Of a stretch of 64,000 nucleotides of DNA, positions 43,201 through 56,771 are shown piece by piece. Position 1 is the stretch's first letter, and each line of letters opens with the position of its first letter. The DNA is from Isurus oxyrinchus (taxonomy: Eukaryota). The stretch covers positions 86,242,001 to 86,306,000 of the forward strand of contig JANJGN010000016.1 in the NCBI GenBank assembly GCA_026770705.1, given 5' to 3'. The notes under the pieces were generated by a model that made no database searches, was not told the DNA's origin, and saw nothing but the letters and a program-made list of their open reading frames with translations. The position numbers and the translations under genes are program-made.

Positions 43201-46200
43201 GCATCACCCACACCCTCAACCCCGGCATCAGTCAAACCTCCAGCCCAGCATCACCCACCCTCTCACTCCCGGAATCACCCACCCTACCACCCCTGGCATC
43301 ACCCACCTCCTCACCCCAGGCATCACCAAACCCCCACCCGCGGCATCACCCAACCCCCCCCCACCGCCGGCATCACCAACCCTCCCCCACGCACAGTCAT
43401 GACCCATCGCCCCACCCCCGGCATCACCCAGAACCACCACCTCCGGCATTACCCACTCCCTCACACCCAGCATCCACCAACCCCCCCACCCATGGGCCCT
43501 CATCCCCCACCCCCAGCATCAGCCAACCGCCACGTGCGGTATCACCCAACACCCAGCACCAGCATCACCAACACCCCCACCTTTGGCATTACTCACTCCC
43601 TGACCCCCAGCATCCCCAACCCTCGCATCACCCACATCCCCCACTCCGTGTATCACCCACCCCACCACCCCCAGCAACACCCACACCACCAAAACTAGAA
43701 CCACCACCCCTGGCATCACCCACCATCCCCACCCCAACTCCCAGCATCACCCACAATCCCTAGCCCGGCATCACCACCCCCACACGCCCGGCATCATCCT
43801 CTCCCCCACCCCTGGCATCTCCCAGCCCCCCACATGCGGCATTACCCACTCCCTCATCCTCAGTGTCACCCAACCCCCATACCCATGGGTCCCTCACCCC
43901 CACTCCCGGCATCAGCCAAACCCCACGCGCAGCGTCACCCACTACCCCACCCCTGGCATCAGCCAACCCCCACCCTCGGCATCACCCAACCACCACCACC
44001 GGCAACACCCACACGCCCAGCTCTGTCAATATCCATTCCCCCACCCCCGGCATAACCCAGGCTCCCATCCCAGCCATCAACCACCCCCCTAACTCCGGCA
44101 TCACTCACCCCCTCACCCCTGGCATCAGCCACCACCCCACCCCCGGCGCCTCCCACCCCCCCACCACCGGCATTACCCACCCCCATCCAGACACGGCATC
44201 ACCCATGCTCCCACCCCCAACATAACCAAACCCCCCACCCCCAGCATCACCCAACCCCCAACCCAGGCATCACCCACCACCACAAACAACCGGCATCACC
44301 CACAACCACGCCCCCGGTATCAACCAGCTTCCCAACCCTGGAATCACCTTTCCCCTCACCCCCAGCAATGCCCACACCCCCAACTCTGGCATCATCCACT
44401 GCCCCCCACACCGGGCATTACCCACACCACCACCCCGGCATCACCCACCGTGCCCTCCCCCAGTAACAACCACACCCCCAACTCTGGCATCATCCACAGC
44501 CCCCACACCGGGCATTACCCACACCACCACCACGGCATCACCCACCGTGCCCTCCCCCAGTAACACCCACACCGCCAACATTGGCATCAACCACTCCTGG
44601 CATCACCCACACCACCACCCCCGGCATCACCCACAACTCCCATCCCCACTCTTGGCATCACCCACAACACCTATCCCTGCAGCACCAGCCCCTCACGCCC
44701 GGCTTCAACCCCTCCCTCACCCCCGGCATCACCCAGCCCCCCACCTCCGGCATTACCCACTCCCTCACCGCCAAATCACCCATGCTCCCACCCATGGGTC
44801 CCTCATCCCCCAACCCCGGCATCAGCCAAGCCCCACCCGCGGCATCACCCACCACCCGACCCCAGGCATCAGCCAAACCCCACCCCCGGGATCACCCAAC
44901 CCCCAGCACCGGCATCACCCTCAGCCCCAAATCTGGCATTACCCACTCCCCGACCCCCGGCATCACCCAGGCCCCCATCCCAGGCATAAACCACCCCCCG
45001 GCACCCAGCATCACCCACCCCCTACCCCACTAGTCACCCACGCCCATCACCCCAGCACCACCCACCGCCCCATAACCAGCATCACCACTCCCCCCACCCC
45101 CAGCATCACCACCCCCCCAGCACTGGCATCACCAACCCCCCCCAACCCACCCACCCCCAGCATCAACCACCCTCCCACTCCAGGCAAAACCCACCACCCC
45201 CACCCCCAATATCACACACCTCCTCAGCCCTGGATTCACCAAATACCCAATCTAACCGGCATCACCAACTCCCCAACTCCTGCATCACCCACACCCCCCC
45301 TACACCTGGCATCACCTATCACTCCCAACCCCGGCATCACACACCCCCTCACCCCCAGCAACACCCACACCCCAAACATTGGCATCAAAATCCACCCCAC
45401 TCCTGGCTAACCCACCCCACCACTCCCGGCATCACCCACAACCCCCAACCCAACCCCGGCATCACCCACCCCCCAACCCCGGCATTACCTACATCCCCAG
45501 CCCCCGGCATCACACACATCTCCAACCCCGGCATCACACAGCCCCTCACCTCTGGTACCACCAACCCCCCCCCCACCCCCGACATCATCTATTCCCCCAG
45601 CCGTGGCATCACCCAACCCCTCCTCCTCCGGCATCACCCACCACCTCAACCCCAGCATCACCAATCACATCACCCCCGGCATCAACCACACCCCCCACGA
45701 CCGGCATCACCCACCTTCCCACACCTGGCATCAAACACTCGTCCACCCCAGGCATCAGCCACTCCCCCATCCTCGGCATCACCAACTCCCTCCACCCTTG
45801 GCATCACCCACTCCCTCAACCCCGGCATCACCCACCCTCCCATCCCCAGCATCACCCACCCTCCCACCTATGGCATCACCCATCCCCCTAACCACGGCAT
45901 CACCCAATCCCTGACTCCCAGCATCACTCAAACCCCCACCCATGGGTCCCTCACCCCCACCCCCGACATCAGCCAATCCCCACTCGCAGCATCACCCAAC
46001 CCCCACCACCGGCATCACCCACAATCCCACCTCTGGCATTACCCACACTCCCACACCCGGCATCACCCAGGCCCCCATCCCAGGCACCAACCAACCCCGA
46101 AACCCGGCATCACTCACCCCCTACCCCAGGCGTCACCCATGCCCACAACCCCGGCATCACACATCCCCTCACCCCCTGCATCACCCACGCCCCCACCCCT

Positions 46201-49200
46201 GGCATCATCTATTTCCCCATCCCCGGCATCACCCACTATCCCAACACCGGCATCACCCGCTCCCCTACCCCAGGCATCAGCCACGCCCATCACCCCGGCA
46301 TAACCCACCCCCTCAGCCCCGGCAACAACCCCCACCAACCCCTGATATCAACTATATCCCACCCCCGGCATCACTCAACACCTCCACCCCCGGCATCACC
46401 CACCCCCTCAACCCCGGCAACACCCATCACATCACACCTGGCATCACACACACCCCATCCCCGGCAACACCCACTCCCCCACTACTGGCATCACCAACGC
46501 ACTCCACCCCCCGGCATCACCCACCCCCTCAACTCCGGCATCAACCATCATGCTACCACCGGCATCACCCACCCCCCCATCCCCAGCATCACCCACGCCC
46601 CCACCCATGGCATCACCCACCCACCCCCCCACCCCCTGCAACACCCACCCCCCAACCCATGGCATCACCCAACCCCTAACTCCGGCATCACCCACATCCT
46701 CACTCCCGGCATCAGCCACCCCACAAAACCCCGGCATCACCCACCGCCCCATCCCCTCCATCTCCCATACCCCGACCACCGCCATCACCCACACCCCTGC
46801 CCCCGGCATCACACTCCCCCTCACCCCCTGCATCGCCCATGCCCCCACCAATGACATTACTCACCATCCCAACCCCAACACTGGCATCACCCACTGCCCC
46901 CACTCCGGGCATCAGCCACCCCACCACCCCCGGCATCACCAACCCCCCAAGCCCCGTCATCACCCACACCCGGCATCACACACACCCATCACCCCCGGCA
47001 ACATGAACTACCCCCAACCCTGGCTTCACGCAACAACCCACCTCCCCAGAATCACACGCCTCCCCACACCCGGCATCATCCACCCCCCCCCCCACCCTCA
47101 CCCCCAGCATCACCCACCCCTCCAACCGTGCCAACACCCACCCCCGGCATCACCCACCACCCCCACCCCCAGCATCACCCCTAGCATCACCCACCCCCTC
47201 ACCGCCAGCAACACCCACCCCCAGCATCACCCACCACCCCCACCCCCACCTCCAGCATCACCCACCCCCTTACCGCCAGCAACAACCACTCCACCAACCC
47301 TGCCATCACCCAGCCCCAGCATTACCCTCCCCCTACCCCAGACATCACACTCCCTTTAACTCCCGGCATCACCCACCCCCTCACCACTGGCACCAGCCAA
47401 CCCCCCCCACACCCAACTTCACCTATTCCCCCACCCCCAGCATCACCCACTCACCCAACCCCGGCATCACCCAGCACCCCCACTCCCGGTATCACCTCCC
47501 ACCTCACCCCCAGCAACACCTACGCTGCCAACAGTGGTATCACCCATACACCCCACTCCGGGCATCACACATCCCACTAACCCGCCATCACCCACCAACC
47601 CCACTCCCAGCAACACCCAAACCGCCAACAATGGCAGCACCCACTGCTGGCATCACCCACACCACCACCCCCGTCATCACCCACAAACCCCAATCCAACT
47701 CCTGGCATCACCCACAACCCCTACCCCGGCATCACCATCCCCACACGCCCAGCATCACCCACTCCCCCACCCTCGGTATCTCCCAGCCCTTCACCTCCGG
47801 CATTACCCACTCCCACACCCCCAGGGTCACCCAACCCCCCACCCATGGGTCCCTCACCCCCACCCCCGGCATCAGCCAAACCCCCAGCTCTGGTATTACC
47901 CACTTCTGCACCCCTGGCATAACACAGGCCCCCAGCCCTGGCATCACCCACACCCCCAGCTCTGGCATTTCACACTCCCCCACACCCGGCATCACCTAGG
48001 CCCCCATCCTAGGCATCAACCGACCCCCACCCTCGGCATCGCCCAACCCCTACCCCAGGCATCACTCACGCCCACAATCCTGGCATCACACACCCCCTCA
48101 CGCCTGGCATCACCCTCCACAACACCCCCGACATCACCTATTGCCCCTCCCCCGGCATCAACAACCTCCTCCACCCCCGGCATCACCCACCCCCCCCCCA
48201 CCCATGGCATCACCCACTCGCCCCTATCCCCTGCAACGCCCACACCCCACCCATGGCATCACCCACCACACCATCCCCTGCATCACACACACCCCCACCA
48301 CCGGCAACACCCACCCCCCCCCCACCCACGGCATCACGCACAACCCCCCCCAGCATCACCCACACCCTCACCCACGGCATCCCCCACCACCGCATCCAAC
48401 CCATCACCCACCCATGGCATCACCCAACCCTCCCATCCCCGGCAGCACCCACCTCCATACACCCGGCATCATCCACACCACCCCCCCACCCGCACCTCCG
48501 TCATTACCCAGTCCCTCCACCCCAGCATCAACCAACCCCCCACCCATGTGTCCCTCACCTCCACCCCCAGCATCAGCCAACCCCCACCCGCGGCATCACC
48601 CACCACCCCACACCCAGCATCAGCCAACCCCCACCCGCGGCATCACCCACCACCCCACTCCCAGCATCAGCCAACCCCCACCCACGGCATCACCCAACCC
48701 CCACCACCAGCATCACCCACACTCCCACCTCTGGTATTACGCACTCCCCCACCCCCAGCATCACCAAGGCCCCCATCCCAGGCATCAACCAACCCCCTAC
48801 TCTCGGCATCATCCACCCCCTATTCCAGGCGTCACCCACGCCCACAACCCCGGCATCACAAACCCCCTTACGCCCAGCATCACCCACCCCACCACCCCCG
48901 ACATCACTTATTCCCCCACCCCCTGCATCATCCACCCCCTCCACACCCGGCATCACCCACCCCCTCAACCCCGGCACCACCCATCACATCACCCCCGGTA
49001 TGACCCACCCCTCCCTCCACTCTCGGCATCACTCAGCCCCACACCCCTGGCATCACCCACACCCCTCACCCCACAGCCTCACCCACAACACCTCACCCCC
49101 ACTCCCTGCATCACCCTCACCCCCTAACACAGCATCACCACACCCTCATGCATGGCATCACCCACTCATCGACCTAAGCATCACTCAGCCCTCCCACTTC

Positions 49201-52200
49201 TGGCATTACCCACTCCCTCAACCCCAGCATCACCCAAAGCCCCACTCAAAGGTCACACACTCCCTCACGCCCGGCATCACCCACCCCCCCCACCCTCGGC
49301 ATCACCTATTCACCACCCCTGGCATCACCCACCACCCTACCCCAGGCATCACCCATGCCCTTCACCCCGGCATCACCAACCTCCTCAACCCCAGCATCAC
49401 CCATCATGTCACCCCCGGCATCACCCACCCCAACCTCCGGCATCACCCACTCCAGCACTCTCGGCATCACCCAGCACTCCCACTCATGGTATCACCTGCC
49501 CCCTCATCCCCAGCAACACCCAACGCCCAACACGGGCATTACCCACACCCCCCACTCCCAGCATCACCCACACCCCGTACCCCGGCATCACCCAGCCCCC
49601 CACACTCCGGCATTACCCACTCCCTCAACCCAGCATCACCCAATCCCCCACCCATGGGTCCCTCAGCCCCCACCCCCGGTATCACCCAACCCCCCCCACC
49701 CCCCAGCACCCCCTATTCCCCCACCCCCGGTATCACATGCCCCCTCACCCCCAGCAACACCCACACCCCCAGCACGGGCATTACCCTCAACCACCACTCC
49801 CGGCATCATCGACCCCACCAACCCTGGCATCACCCACCAGCCCCACCCCCAGCAACACCCACACCGCCAACACTGGCATCACACGCTCCTGGCATCACCC
49901 AACACCACCAGCCCCGGCATCACCCACACCCCCACCTCTGGCATTTCGCATTCCCCCACCCCCGGCATCACCTAGGCCCCCATCCTAGGCATCAACCAAC
50001 CCCCACCCTCAGCATCGCCCAACCCTACCCCAGGCGTCACTCACGCCCACAACCCCGGCATCACACACCCCCTCACACCTGGCATCACCCATCCCAACAC
50101 CCCCAACATCACCTATTCCCCCAACCCTGGCATCACCAACATCCTCCACCCCCGGCATTACCCACTGCCCCACCCATGGCATCACCAACCACCCCATCCC
50201 CTGCATCACCCACACCCCCACCACCGGCATCACCCAGCCCCCCACCCCCGGCATCAATCAACCCCCAACCCTAGCATCACCCACCCCCCCATCCATGGCA
50301 TCACCCACCCCCCCATCCATGGCATCACCCACCCCTCCCATCCCCGGCATCATCCACACCCCCCCCACCCGCACCACCATCCACCCAACCCATCCCCGGA
50401 ATCAACCACCCCCCCCAAACCCAGCACCACGCAGGCCCCAGCCCTGGCATCACCCACCGCAGGCTTTACCCACCCCACTTTGGGCATCAAGTGGCACCGC
50501 ACCCACGGCAACATCCGCACCCCCACCCCCGGCATCACTCACACCCTCACCCCCAGCACCACCCACCCCCTCCACACTCGACATCACCTATTCCCCCTCC
50601 CCTCCCCCATCCCAAGCATCACCCACCCCCCCAACCATGGCATCACCCACACCCCCAACCTCTGCATCATCAACACGCCCACCACCGGCATCACCCAACT
50701 CCCCCACCCATGGCCTCACCCACGCCCCCACCTCAGGCATCAACCACCCCCTCACACCTGGCATCACCCAAATCTCAACCATGGCATCACCCACCCCTCC
50801 CATAGCTGGCAAAGACTATCACGCCAGCCCAGGCATCACCCACCCCCTCAACCCAGGCATCACCCACCCCCCCACCCATGGCATCGACCATCCCTCCCAC
50901 CCCTGACAACCCTCAACCCCCATCCCCGGCATTCTCCTCCCCCCTCTACCCCCGGCATCACCCACCAGCCCATCCCCCAGCTGCATCCACACCCCCAGCA
51001 CTGGCATCACCCACCCCAACACCCCTGATATCACCCACAAACCCCACCCCCACCCCCGGCATCATCCGCGCCCCCACGCCCGGCATCACCCAAGCCCCCC
51101 ACTCCCCAGCATCCCCTATTCCCCCACCCCCGGTATCACCTGCCCCCTCACCCCCAGCAACACCCACACACCCAACATGGGCATTACCCTCACCCACCAC
51201 TCCCAGCATCATCCACCCCACCACCCCCGGCATCTCCCAGCACACCCACCCCCAGTCACACCGCACACTGCCAACACTGGCATCACCCACAACCCCCACC
51301 CACACTCCGGCATCACCCTCACCCCCTACCCCGGCATCACCACCCTGTCACGCCCGGCATCACACACTCCCCCATCCCCGGCTTCTCCCAGCCCCCCACC
51401 ATCCGGCATTACCCACTCCCTCAACCCAGCATCACCCAATCCCCCACCCATGGGTCCCTCACCCTCCAGCCCTGGCACCACCCAACCCCCAGCTCTGGCA
51501 TTTCTCACTCTCCCACCCCGGCATCACCCAGGCCCCCATTCCAGGCATCAACCAACTCCCACCCTCAGCATCACACACACCCTCACGCTCGGCATCACCC
51601 ACCCCACCACCCAGAACATCACACATTTCTCCACCCCCTGCATCACCCACCATCCCTACCCCAGGCATCATCCACACCCTTCACCCCGGCATCACCCAGC
51701 CCCCCACCCCCGGCATCACTCAAGCCCCCACTTCCGGGATCAACCACCCTCTCAACCCCGGGCATCACCCACCCCCATACGCCCCAACATCCACCCCCTC
51801 ATCCACGGATTCAACTAACCCCCCACACCCGGCATTACGCAGCCCATAACCCTGGCATCACCCATCCCAGGCATTACCCACCCACCCCCCCCACCCTCAG
51901 CATCACCTGGCATCAACCATGCCCCCACACCTGGCATCAACCATTATGCTACACCCGGCATTACCCACCGCCTCATCCCCGGCATCACCCACCCCCCCAC
52001 CCCGGCATCACCCAACCCCCACCACCAGCATCATGCACACCCCCACATCTGGCATTACCCTCTCCCCCACCCCCGGCATCACCCACGCCCACTACCCCGG
52101 CATCACACACCCCCTCACCCCCGGCATCACCCAAACACCCCACCCTTGGCATCACCTATTTCCCCACGCCTGGCATCACCCACCATCCCATCCCCTGCAT

Positions 52201-53200
52201 CACCCACACCCCTACCCCAGGCATCACCCATGCCCATGACCCCGGCAACACCCCCCGCCTCACCCCCGGCATCAACCATCACGTCACACCCGGCATCACT
52301 CAAACCCCACCCCCGGCATCACCCCGGCGTCACCCACCTCCACCCACCCGGCCTCCACCCCTCCGGCTCCGGCATTAAACACTCCCCCAACCCTGGCATC
52401 ACTCACCCTCTCTACCTCAGCATCACCCATCACGCCACCCCCAACATCAACCACCCACCCCCCCTATCGCCGACATCAACTACCCCCCACCCCCAGCATC
52501 ACCCACCTCACGCACCCCCAGCATCACTCACTCCCGCACCCCCGGCATCACCCTCTCCCCCACCCCCGGCATCACCCACACCCCGTCCCCCACTCCCACC
52601 CCCACCCCCGGCATCATCCACTCCCCCACCCTCGGCATAACCCACCCCCTCTACCTCAGCATCACCCATCACGCCACCCCCAACATCAACCACCCACCCC
52701 CCCTATCGCCGACATCAACCACCCCCCACCCCCAGCATCACCCACCTCCCGCACCCCCAGCATCACCCATACCTCGTCCCCCACTCCCACCCCCACCCCC
52801 AGCATCACCCACTCCCCCACCCCCAGCATCACTCACTACTGCACCCCCGGCATCACCCACACCCCGTCCCCCACTCCCACCCCCCACCCCCGGCATCACC
52901 CTGTCCCCCACCCCCGGCATCACCCACACCCCGTCCCCCACTCCCACCCCCACCCCCGGCATCACCCTGTCCCCCACCCCCGGCATCACCATTCCCCTTC
53001 ACCCACGGCATCACCCACACCCTCAACCCCAGCATCACCCATCACGCTACCCCCCGGCATCATTCACCCTCCCACCGGCAGCATCACCCACGCCCCCAAC
53101 CTCCAACATCACCCACCCCCGGCATCACCCACGCCCCCACCCCCGGCATCACCCTCCACCTCCACCCACGGCATCACCCACCCCCACCCCTCCACCCCCT
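13225..53200. repeat. ~40-kb degenerate tandem array, basic unit ~24 bp (ACCCCCGGCATCACCCACCCCCTC), C-rich on +, with kb-scale higher-order duplications
   Basis: GGCATCACCCA core recurs about every 21-27 bp throughout; TPGITHPL-type 8-aa period in spurious ORFs; no transposon insertion seen inside. Confidence 0.97.
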
Positions 53201-53672
53201 ACAACACTCAAGAAGCTTGACACAATCCAGGACAAAACAGCCCACTTGATTGGCACCACATCCACAAACATTCACTCCCTCCACTACCGACACACAGTGG
53301 CAGCAGTGTGTACCATCTACAAGATGCACTGCGGAAACACGCCAAGTCTCCTTAGACAGCACCTTCCAAACCCACGACTACCGATATCTAGAAGGACAAG
53401 GGCAGCAGGTAGGTGGGAAAACCACGACCTGGAAGTTCCCCTACTAGCCACTCACCATCCTGATTTGGAAATATATCGTTGTTCCTTCACTGTCTGTGGG
53501 TCAAAATCCTAGAACTCCCTCCCTAACAGCACTGTGGGTGTACCTACACCACGTGGACAGCATGATTCAAGAAGGCAGCTCACCACCACATTCTCAAGGG
53601 CAATTAGGGATGGGCAATAAATGCTGACCGAGTCAGCGACACCCACAAGCCATAAATGAATAAAAAATAAAT
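53201..53672 (+). mobile_element. 3' end of a non-LTR retrotransposon (CR1/L2 group), 5'-truncated
   Basis: TLKKLDTIQDKTAHLIG...HSLHYRHTVAAVCTIYKMH post-RT motifs; ends GGGCAATAAATGCTG...CAGCGACACCCAC...ATGAATAAAAAATAA. Confidence 0.85.
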
Positions 53673-53674
53673 AG

Positions 53675-54050
53675 ACTTGTTGATGACAGAAATATTGCTT
53701 GGAAAGTAAGTTGTCAAGAGGACAGAATGGGCCAATAAAGGGATTTAGATCGGTTAAGCGAGTGGGGAAATATTTGGCAGGTGGGGAATAATGTGGGAGA
53801 ATGTGTATTGTCCGCTTGGTAGGAAGAATAGAAAAGCAGTAAATTATTTGAATGGAACGAGGCTGCAGAACTCTGCGATCCAGAGGGATCTGGGTGTCCT
53901 GGTGCATGAATCACAAAAAGTCGGTTTGCAGATGCAGCAAGTGATTCGGAAGGTAGATGGAATGTTGGTGGTTATTGCAACAGGATCGAGTGTAAAAGTA
54001 GCACAGGGCCTGAGAGCACATCTCCTGGACTGGCTACAGTTTGCACTCCT
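53675..54050 (+). mobile_element. Degenerate CR1 ORF2 fragment (post-RT region)
   Basis: YLNGTRLQNSAIQRDLGVLVHESQKVGLQMQQVIRKVDGML in ORF 53791..54069. Confidence 0.88.
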
Positions 54051-54234
54051 GACTGAATTGTGGTTGTGATGATTTAATCCCAGCAACTTCCAGTTTCTTT
54101 TCTGTTTTTAATCTTGTAAATTCAAGAGATTCAGGATAAAACTGATCATTTTAAAATGATTGATACTTGGCTTTGAATCAAATCTGCTGCAGATGTGTCA
54201 TTGATTGACAGACCAACCAGCCAATCAGGACAAT

Positions 54235-55215
54235 CAGTGTCAGAGCAATGGGAAACATTCAGGAAAGATATAAAATGGGCTCAGAACAAATATCTTCACA
54301 CAAAGAAATAGCGTGGGACATTGCAAGAGGATAACTAAAGATTGAGTAGGGCCAATTGGAGACCAAAAAATAGATCTCTCTCACTCACTCTCTGTCAGTC
54401 TTCCTGACTCCCCCTGTATCTCTTTCTCACCCATTCTCTCTCTCTGTCACTCTGTCACACTCTCCCTCTCTCTCCCTCCCTCTCCCCCTCTTTCCCTCCT
54501 TCTCTCTCCTCCTTACTCTCTGACTCTCTCTCTCTTTCCTTCTCTCTCTCTCCCTCTCCCTCTCCCTCTCCCTCTCCCTCTTTCCCTCCCTCCCTCCGTC
54601 TCACTCACTCTCTGTATTGGGGGGAGGGGGTGGGGTTGGAAGCACATAGATGGTTCTTAATGAATAATTTACATCTGTTTTCACACAAGAGAGGGACAAC
54701 GCGGACATTCTAGTTGAGGAGGAGCAGAATTGTGAAATATTGGATGGGATAAACATGGTGAGAGAGGAGATATTAATGTGTTCAGCATCTTGGAAAGTGG
54801 ATAAATCCCCAGACCCGGATGAATTGTATCCCAGGCAAGAAGGGAAACAAGGGAAGAAATAGCAGAGGCTCTGACCATTATTTCCCAATCCTCTCTGGAT
54901 AGGGGTGTGGTGTCAGAGGGCTGGAGGACTGATAATGTTGTTTAAAAAGGGAGGAAGGGATAGACTGAGAAATTACAGACCAGTCACTCTAACCTCAGTG
55001 GTGGGCAAATGTCAGAAATCTTTCTAAGAGAAATTCTCATCATCATGAGGAGGTAACAAGAAGGGTTGACAACGATAGCGAGTTTGATGTAATCTATGTG
55101 GATTTTAGCAAGACTTCTGACATGGACAGACTGGTCAGAAAGTTAAAACTCATTGGATCCCAGGGAAAGGAGCAAGTTGTGTTTCAAATTGGTTGAGTGG
55201 CAGGAGGTAAAGGTT
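54235..55215 (+). mobile_element. Fragmented CR1 ORF2 (tether to RT start), split by a CT-rich tract
   Basis: VDKSPDPDELYP, NYRPVTLTSVVG and DVIYVDFSKT motifs, with deletions. Confidence 0.8.
54375..54615. repeat. CT-rich simple repeat
   Basis: (CT)n/(CTCTCC)n-like polypyrimidine tract. Confidence 0.9.
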
Positions 55216-55682
55216 TGATGTTAAGCTGGTTAAATCATATTGGGCTGTTACTTAGACATTTGTAAAGAGGGTTACCACAAATTCAGCACTGAAATGGTTA
55301 ATAGTAAGAGTGTTTAAAGACTCAGTGTCCCTCGAAGACACTGTTAAGCTGTCAGGAAGCTCTGACTATTGATCAGCCTGTCCGGGGGAAACAGGTTCAC
55401 ATTAACAATCCTCAGATCACACACACATCGAGAGAACTTTATCCCAGAATGTTGGAGCACACTTGGATCAACTCACTTCAGAAAGGATTCAGATTGGGTC
55501 TCAGTATAGAAGATTCTAGATTTCATTTCAAACCTTGCCGCCCAGCACTGGAGAGAGGTCAAGGGTGAGGCTACAATTAGTCTCAGAGTCTGGGGGTCAG
55601 ACAAGGTCACGACTCCGAATGACACCATGAACCATGGAAAGTGAGAGTGCGAGGGTCAGGATTAGGAACCTTCAGTCTCAAT

Positions 55683-56064
55683 ACTTGCATTTCTATAGCA
55701 CCAGTCATCATCTCAGGATTTTTACAGCTAACTGTACACAGTAAGATCCAAATCAGTACAGTGATGATGGCCAGAAAGTCAGGTTTTTTTGTGATGTTCT
55801 TTGCGTGATAAATACTAAACAGAAAATGCGCAAGAACTCCCCTGCTCTTCTTCTCACAGCGCCATGGGAACTTTTACATCCCACTGAGAGGGCAGACCTC
55901 AGTTTGTCTCATCTGAAAGACGGCTCCTCTGACAGTGCTGCCCTCCCTCAATACCGCACTGGAGTTCAGCCTGGATTATGTGCTCAAGTCTCTGGAGTGG
56001 GATTTGAACCCACAACATTGTGACTCTGAGGGGAGAGTGCTACCCATTGAGGCACGGCCCACAC
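55683..56064 (-). mobile_element. tRNA-derived Deu-domain SINE (SacSINE1-like)
   Basis: Minus strand has an A-box-like TGCCTCAATGG, B box GGTTCAAATCC (56000-56010), Deu-like core GCACTGTCAGAGGAGCCGTCTTTCAGATGAGAC...CCCATGGCGCT...GAAGAAGAGCAGGGGAGTTCT, and L2-type tail GCTATAGAAATGCAAGT. Confidence 0.8.
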
Positions 56065-56771
56065 CTCACGGTCCAATAGCCTGTCATGTTCACCCTCCCG
56101 CCTCACACTTGGAGGAATGAGCCGACTTGGGGAGGGTGGAGCTGTTCCCCAGTCAGAGACAGTGTCTTCAGGAGAGAGATGGAGAGCAGATTCCGGGAGG
56201 TCTGGAGTCTAGAGGGTGACATTTAAACATTCGGGGGAAACGGAGAGTCTCCCCGAAACCCTGGAACACTGAAGCCACTGGATTGTGGGCCCTGCTCTAC
56301 CTGTTTGTCATCAGAAATTTGCCAAGAGATAACCAGGGAGTGGAGAGAGCAGAGTTCAAGCTGGGGGAGGTGGGACCTCGGTGTCTCACTGTGCTGGTGC
56401 TGTGATCAGTTATATCAGAGACTGTGAGAGGGAGCCGGAGCTCATATCAAACTCTGCCCGTGTCTGTCACACTGAGACTGACAGGAGTCTAGTGAGTGAT
56501 TTCACTCCATGGTGCAGCAATGTCAGCACAGTCTGCAAACGTCCAGATCTCCTCTAGACGGTGGGTAAAAGTTGGTTATTTCTATCTTGCTGCTTAAAGG
56601 GGGGAATGTAATGAAAGAAATACAGCTGGGCACCCTGTTATATACAGTGTTGTTCACTGAACCATTTCATTCACTGCAATTCCTCACTAACACCTTCAAC
56701 TATTCAGCATTAGTGTTTGAGAAAGTTTCAGTATTGAAAGGGTTAATAAGGGAGGATTGGGGTTTACTTAC

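Noticed and set aside
13225-53200. Long Pro/Thr/His-rich ORFs (up to 935 aa) resembling mucins or extensins
   Set aside because: Stop codons are rare because of base composition; all three frames are open, homologous blocks shift frame, and no signal peptide, domain or splice structure is evident.
10561-53672. Inverted pair of same-family LINE fragments bracketing the 40-kb array, as a composite element
   Set aside because: The copies are well diverged with different end points, and the family appears abundant, so the arrangement is expected by chance.
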